A DNA stretch of 64,000 bases, from the NCBI GenBank assembly GCA_017654855.1, contig CM030338.1, forward strand, positions 1,302,001 to 1,366,000. The letters run 5' to 3'. Shown piece after piece: positions 60,102-64,000 of this stretch. The stretch's first letter is position 1; each line of letters opens with the position of its first letter. The position numbers and the translations under genes are program-made. Below the pieces are notes generated by a model. That model worked only from the letters and a program-made list of their open reading frames with translations. It made no database searches and was not told the origin of the DNA. This DNA comes from Podospora anserina (lineage: Eukaryota).

Positions 60102-63100
60102 GCGGAGGGGTTGCTGTCGAAGTGGAAAAGGGGTTTTATGAAAGTCTGTTTGTTTGTGTTTGTATTCAAGGGTATGGAATGGAAGCACAGCGAGGGAAAT
60201 GAAATGGGATAATATGTTAAAAGCGCAAGAGAGAACTGTTCCTACGACTGGGGGTATTACAAAAGCGGGATTCGAGTACGATGATATGACGCAGTGGACT
60301 GTTGATGTTGAAGGGTAGCTCAGACCTTGAGCGCAGACCAGAGGGATGAAATAACTCAATGTTGCGTGTGTGTAGAATGAATGTGGGAATTCCAGGCCGG
60401 TTGTGTGTTCGGGGGGAGGGGGTTGAGTAACGATGGTGATGATAACAACACCCTTCTGTGCCTCCTTGCCAGCGAAGTAGCTAATAAATTGAATACTCGC
60501 CGGCCAGTTCACCAGTATTTCATACCACCCTCATGGGGTTTACTGGAAGACTTGCTCTTCCCTTTGCTTACGGTTCGATTCAAGGGGGATACTTTTTTTT
60601 GTACTATTTTTGCTGGTACCTGGACAGGAGCGAGATGGGGTGAGGAGAGGGAAGGAGCAAAGGCAGCAAAGGTAGCAAAGGGACGGAGGGAAGGAGGGAA
60701 GGAGGGAAGCAGCAATTTAGTGGTTGGCGGTGGGTCGTGCCTTCCTTTCTCTGGGGTTCAAACAGTAGTACCAAAGACAGGAAAGAGCAACTGATACCTG
60801 TGAATCTCCTCTATTGGCGCGAAGTGACATACTGTTACCATCTACGCTAGGACCTTGACCCGTCTGAGAAACCACGGAGAGCATTTCTGTGAACAGCACA
60901 GCCTTACGGGTCGATTTGGGGTTTCGATCTATGTGATACCTACTTTACCTACTCTGCCTCCGCCTTGTTCGAGAGGCTTGGAAAGAAAAGACGGAGGTTC
61001 GGACGGGTGGGATGGGGGAGGATGGTGTGGAGGTGCGGTGATGATGCTGTGCCCGGTGTGGAAGTGTGGCACATATATGTTGGTGTCGGGAAAAGTGGGT
61101 GTAGACTTACGAAGCACGCATGGAAGCACTGATTACAGCTTCTTCTTCCAGATACAAAATACACAGTACCTTACGCAGGGCTGGACCTTGAAGCCAACAA
61201 GATAAAAGACGGAAATTTCCCACCATGAAGCTTTTCACAAGGTCCACGTTGGTCTGAGGCATGGGTGAGTAGTTCGGTGTACGCCGGACCTTTGCTCCAC
61301 AGTCTTGATGGTGGTAAGGGTGCTGCCGTACAGCGCAGAACGGAGACCTGACGCAGGCAAGATGTCGGTTGATGACTGTGTCCGCAGCAGGTAGGTGAAG
61401 GGGGGGATAACACGCTGACTTAAGGGTCGTCAACTCAAGAGGTGTGAGTTCTCTTTTTGGTGGGAATTTCATGATTGTTATTGACATTGTTTTTTGTGTG
61501 CCTGATAGATCACGGGCTGATGGCAAATACTTACCAGAAATTGACGCTCAAAGGAGCTGTCAACCGAGTATGTTTGTTGGTGATTTGGCCTGTTCGTTTA
61601 ATCCAGCGGTTAAGCGTCTGGCTATTGTGTGGAGATGAGGGTTGATTCCGGCCCAATCGGTGTAAGTGGCTGGGAGGGAGATGCCTGTTGGAAGCGCTGA
61701 AGGGATCTTGTTCCCATATTGGATGAACAGCACGGGCATTCTTGAAGAGAAAAATGACAGCTCACAGGACCTCTCAGGGCGTTCGGCCGGCTGAGAGGAC
61801 GGGCTGAGAGGTTGTGGTTCGTGATGGTGTGGTTCCCCTCATGCTGTCATCCCAGTGGCTTGCATCGTGGACCACCGTTCCTGCACTCCGGGTGCCACAG
61901 AGACATTTCAAACCGCGCGGGGGATGCGGTGCCACGAGGGCAACATACGAGTGGCATATCTGACTGTCGACCCCGTGAAGAAGTTTTCTTTTCATGTTGT
62001 GACTCGGGGTATGCATCGTGAGAAGAAGTCATGGTGAAGAGGTTCAGTCAAGAGATACTGAAGGTAAAGGTCTCGACCACCGGCCAAGTGGACCTCATTT
62101 ACACCCCCGTCGATGGTACGGCGGGGAGTCCACAGCTCCCGCCGCCGCCGATCCGGCTGCTTCCTTGGCCGGCCACACGTGGAGAGGCTGCTGAAGAAGG
62201 GACCCCCTGGCGAAGAAGGATTTGACGCGCCTTACACAAGACCTCAACATGATGACGGTGGAAATCACCGACCGATTCTCATTCATTCTCCCGCTGTTCG
62301 AAGGATTTATCAAGCGCCTCCCTCACGCATTCACCGTTCCCGGTCAAAACACCGTTCAGTAAACCCAACGTCGCCATCGTCCTGTCGTGTGCCCTGAGGT
62401 GTGGGAAGGAGAAGCCATTCCATATCGAGACAGGACCCAATGGCCAGGTACCATTTATAAATTTCGCTTATGCGGAGATTTAACTGCTTCCCAAAAACAC
62501 CACGACCGTGCTGTTTCCCCCCTGCCAGTGTCTTTGGTTCATCATCCAGATTTCGATAGAAGTCGAGCCATCGAATGGTTCATATCCAGCCGCTCTGGTC
62601 CAATCTGTACCTGCGTCGCCCATTCGGCTCGGAGCCAGGAACCGCGTCCGGGACCGCCACCCGCCATCAATATTCATCTCTTGTTTTTGTTCATCCATCC
62701 CAAATGACTCCTTCCGTGGTCAGATGCCCAGCAAACGTCTGTGTGTTGGTAAGCGCGTCTCCACCTTTGGACCTGAAGTCGAAACAACCAGAAGAGAAAA
62801 AAGTCTGGAAAGATGGTTCCCTATCGTGAGAGATCAGGAAGATGCAGAGAATCAATATTCTCTGCAACCCTTGTTGGGGGCGTGAGCAGCTCCAATAAAA
62901 TAGGAAAAGGCTGCTCAATAAACACCACCTGGACCGGGCTCAGCCCCACGCACGCTGCACCCAACGGTGCATCTTGACCCATCTTGCGCGATGCGGATGC
63001 CCTTCCTGGAGGAGCCCATGCCTGCGTCCACGTCCCGATCTGGGAGGGGGGGGGTGGAGGGGCTTCCAGGGTCCCCTGGACCTCCCAAGACTGCTGGACT

Positions 63101-63720
63101 GGTCTCGCCCGCTGTGCCGCTGCTTGTTTCTATTTTACTCTTGGGCTCTGCCGTTGCTGCTTGCTCTCTCTCTGTTTGGGTGGTGCTTGTTTCCAACACA
63201 CACCTCTCCGTCGTCACTCGTTCACCCTCACGGCCAAGGAGATATTCACTTATCTTCACGAGTATTCCGTCAGTCAGCTGGAGCCTTCTCCTTCCAAACT
63301 CGGCGACGGCATTATCGCTCAAATTATACCGCTCTCGCAAGCCGTCTCATTGGTGTCCAGCTCGTCCCACGCGGCAGTCGTATATTTACCCGGCCTCCCC
63401 ATATTGACCTACCAGCAAATCCAGCTGGTCCAGGTCCTCAACCAAGGCCAAGTCCTGCAGGGTGGACTGGGGAAAAGAGAACAGGTCGATATAATACAAC
63501 TCGACATCTTTGCCCAGGCCAATTCTTAGTGTCAACTACCTTACTCTTCACGTCCAACGCCGATCTGTTTTGTCTGACCCAGTCCGATCGTCCACTCGGT
63601 CACTCGTTAGGGGAAAAAAAATAACAGCTTCAAAAACCTGGGGTCGTGGTACAAGGTGATGTCGCACAGGTGAAATCGGAGCCATTTCCCGCAGCCGCGA
63701 CGCAATACAGACATAAAAAA

Positions 63721-64000
63721 ATGGCCGGAAAGATAGTAACCAGATCCTCGGGTTGGGCCCGCCGATCACAACCTTCATGGACCAACATCCTGACCCTCTT
63801 CGCTTGCTTGGCCTGTCACGCCTTGGCCTCCACACCAGATGGCCCTGAGCCTGTCGAGACATTGATAATCGACACCAGAAGTCCATACAAGACAGACAAT
63901 GGGTGGGTGATGCTTTCACCAAGAGACGCGGAAGACTGGAAGCAGTGGAAGAAGCGTCAGAACGACAAGGACGACGACGAGGACGAGAAATCAAGCTCAA
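63721..64000 (+). CDS. 5' part of a probable secreted or membrane protein, truncated by the window end
   Basis: AAAAAAATGG start; open frame MAGKIVTRSSGWARRSQPSWTNILTLFACLACHALASTPDGPEPVETLIIDT...WKKRQNDKDDDEDEKSSS with a signal-like hydrophobic stretch and a KR dibasic site. Confidence 0.65.
   Translation, partial: MAGKIVTRSSGWARRSQPSWTNILTLFACLACHALASTPDGPEPVETLIIDTRSPYKTDNGWVMLSPRDAEDWKQWKKRQNDKDDDEDEKSSS

Noticed and set aside
62915-63624. Several overlapping 140-216 aa ORFs near the right end
   Set aside because: Mostly non-ATG starts, no motifs and mutually overlapping; more likely promoter or 5' leader of the gene starting at 63721.

Overview
Gene-dense, intron-containing eukaryotic DNA from a filamentous ascomycete. 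It looks like Sordariales, most like the Podospora anserina complex, judging from short GT-AG introns with CTAAC/CTGAC branch points, gene content and composition; this assignment is an inference. I can support about 21 protein-coding genes and one tRNA-Val(CAC). Recognisable genes include CAB5, TIM23, TRM732/THADA, ITC1/ACF1, ALG8, an EMP47-like lectin, a PDI-like protein, a cytochrome P450, PEX11, an external NADH dehydrogenase, an SLC35F-like transporter, a DUF2985 protein, COG1, ECI1, a YPQ PQ-loop transporter and CUL4; the rest are hypothetical. I found no transposon, CRISPR array or rRNA. The standout is a minus-strand gene at 8071-4733, which the ORF track splits in two. It is one continuous reading frame interrupted by a single in-frame UAG at 6283-6281. 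That UAG sits in the 7-nt loop of a perfect 5-bp hairpin (GGAGG-CUAGGGU-CCUCC) that mimics a tRNA-Pro(AGG) anticodon arm, with the A at the wobble position. This fits sexual-stage A-to-I (Tad2/Tad3) correction of a premature stop, UAG to Trp. Editing would add an Asn/Gly-rich domain carrying about 10 WG/GW motifs, resembling an Argonaute hook or prion-like domain. Other oddities are two GC-AG introns, 4-nt and 8-nt microexons, an intron starting 2 nt after a stop codon, and abrupt C-rich to G-rich composition switches inside genes.
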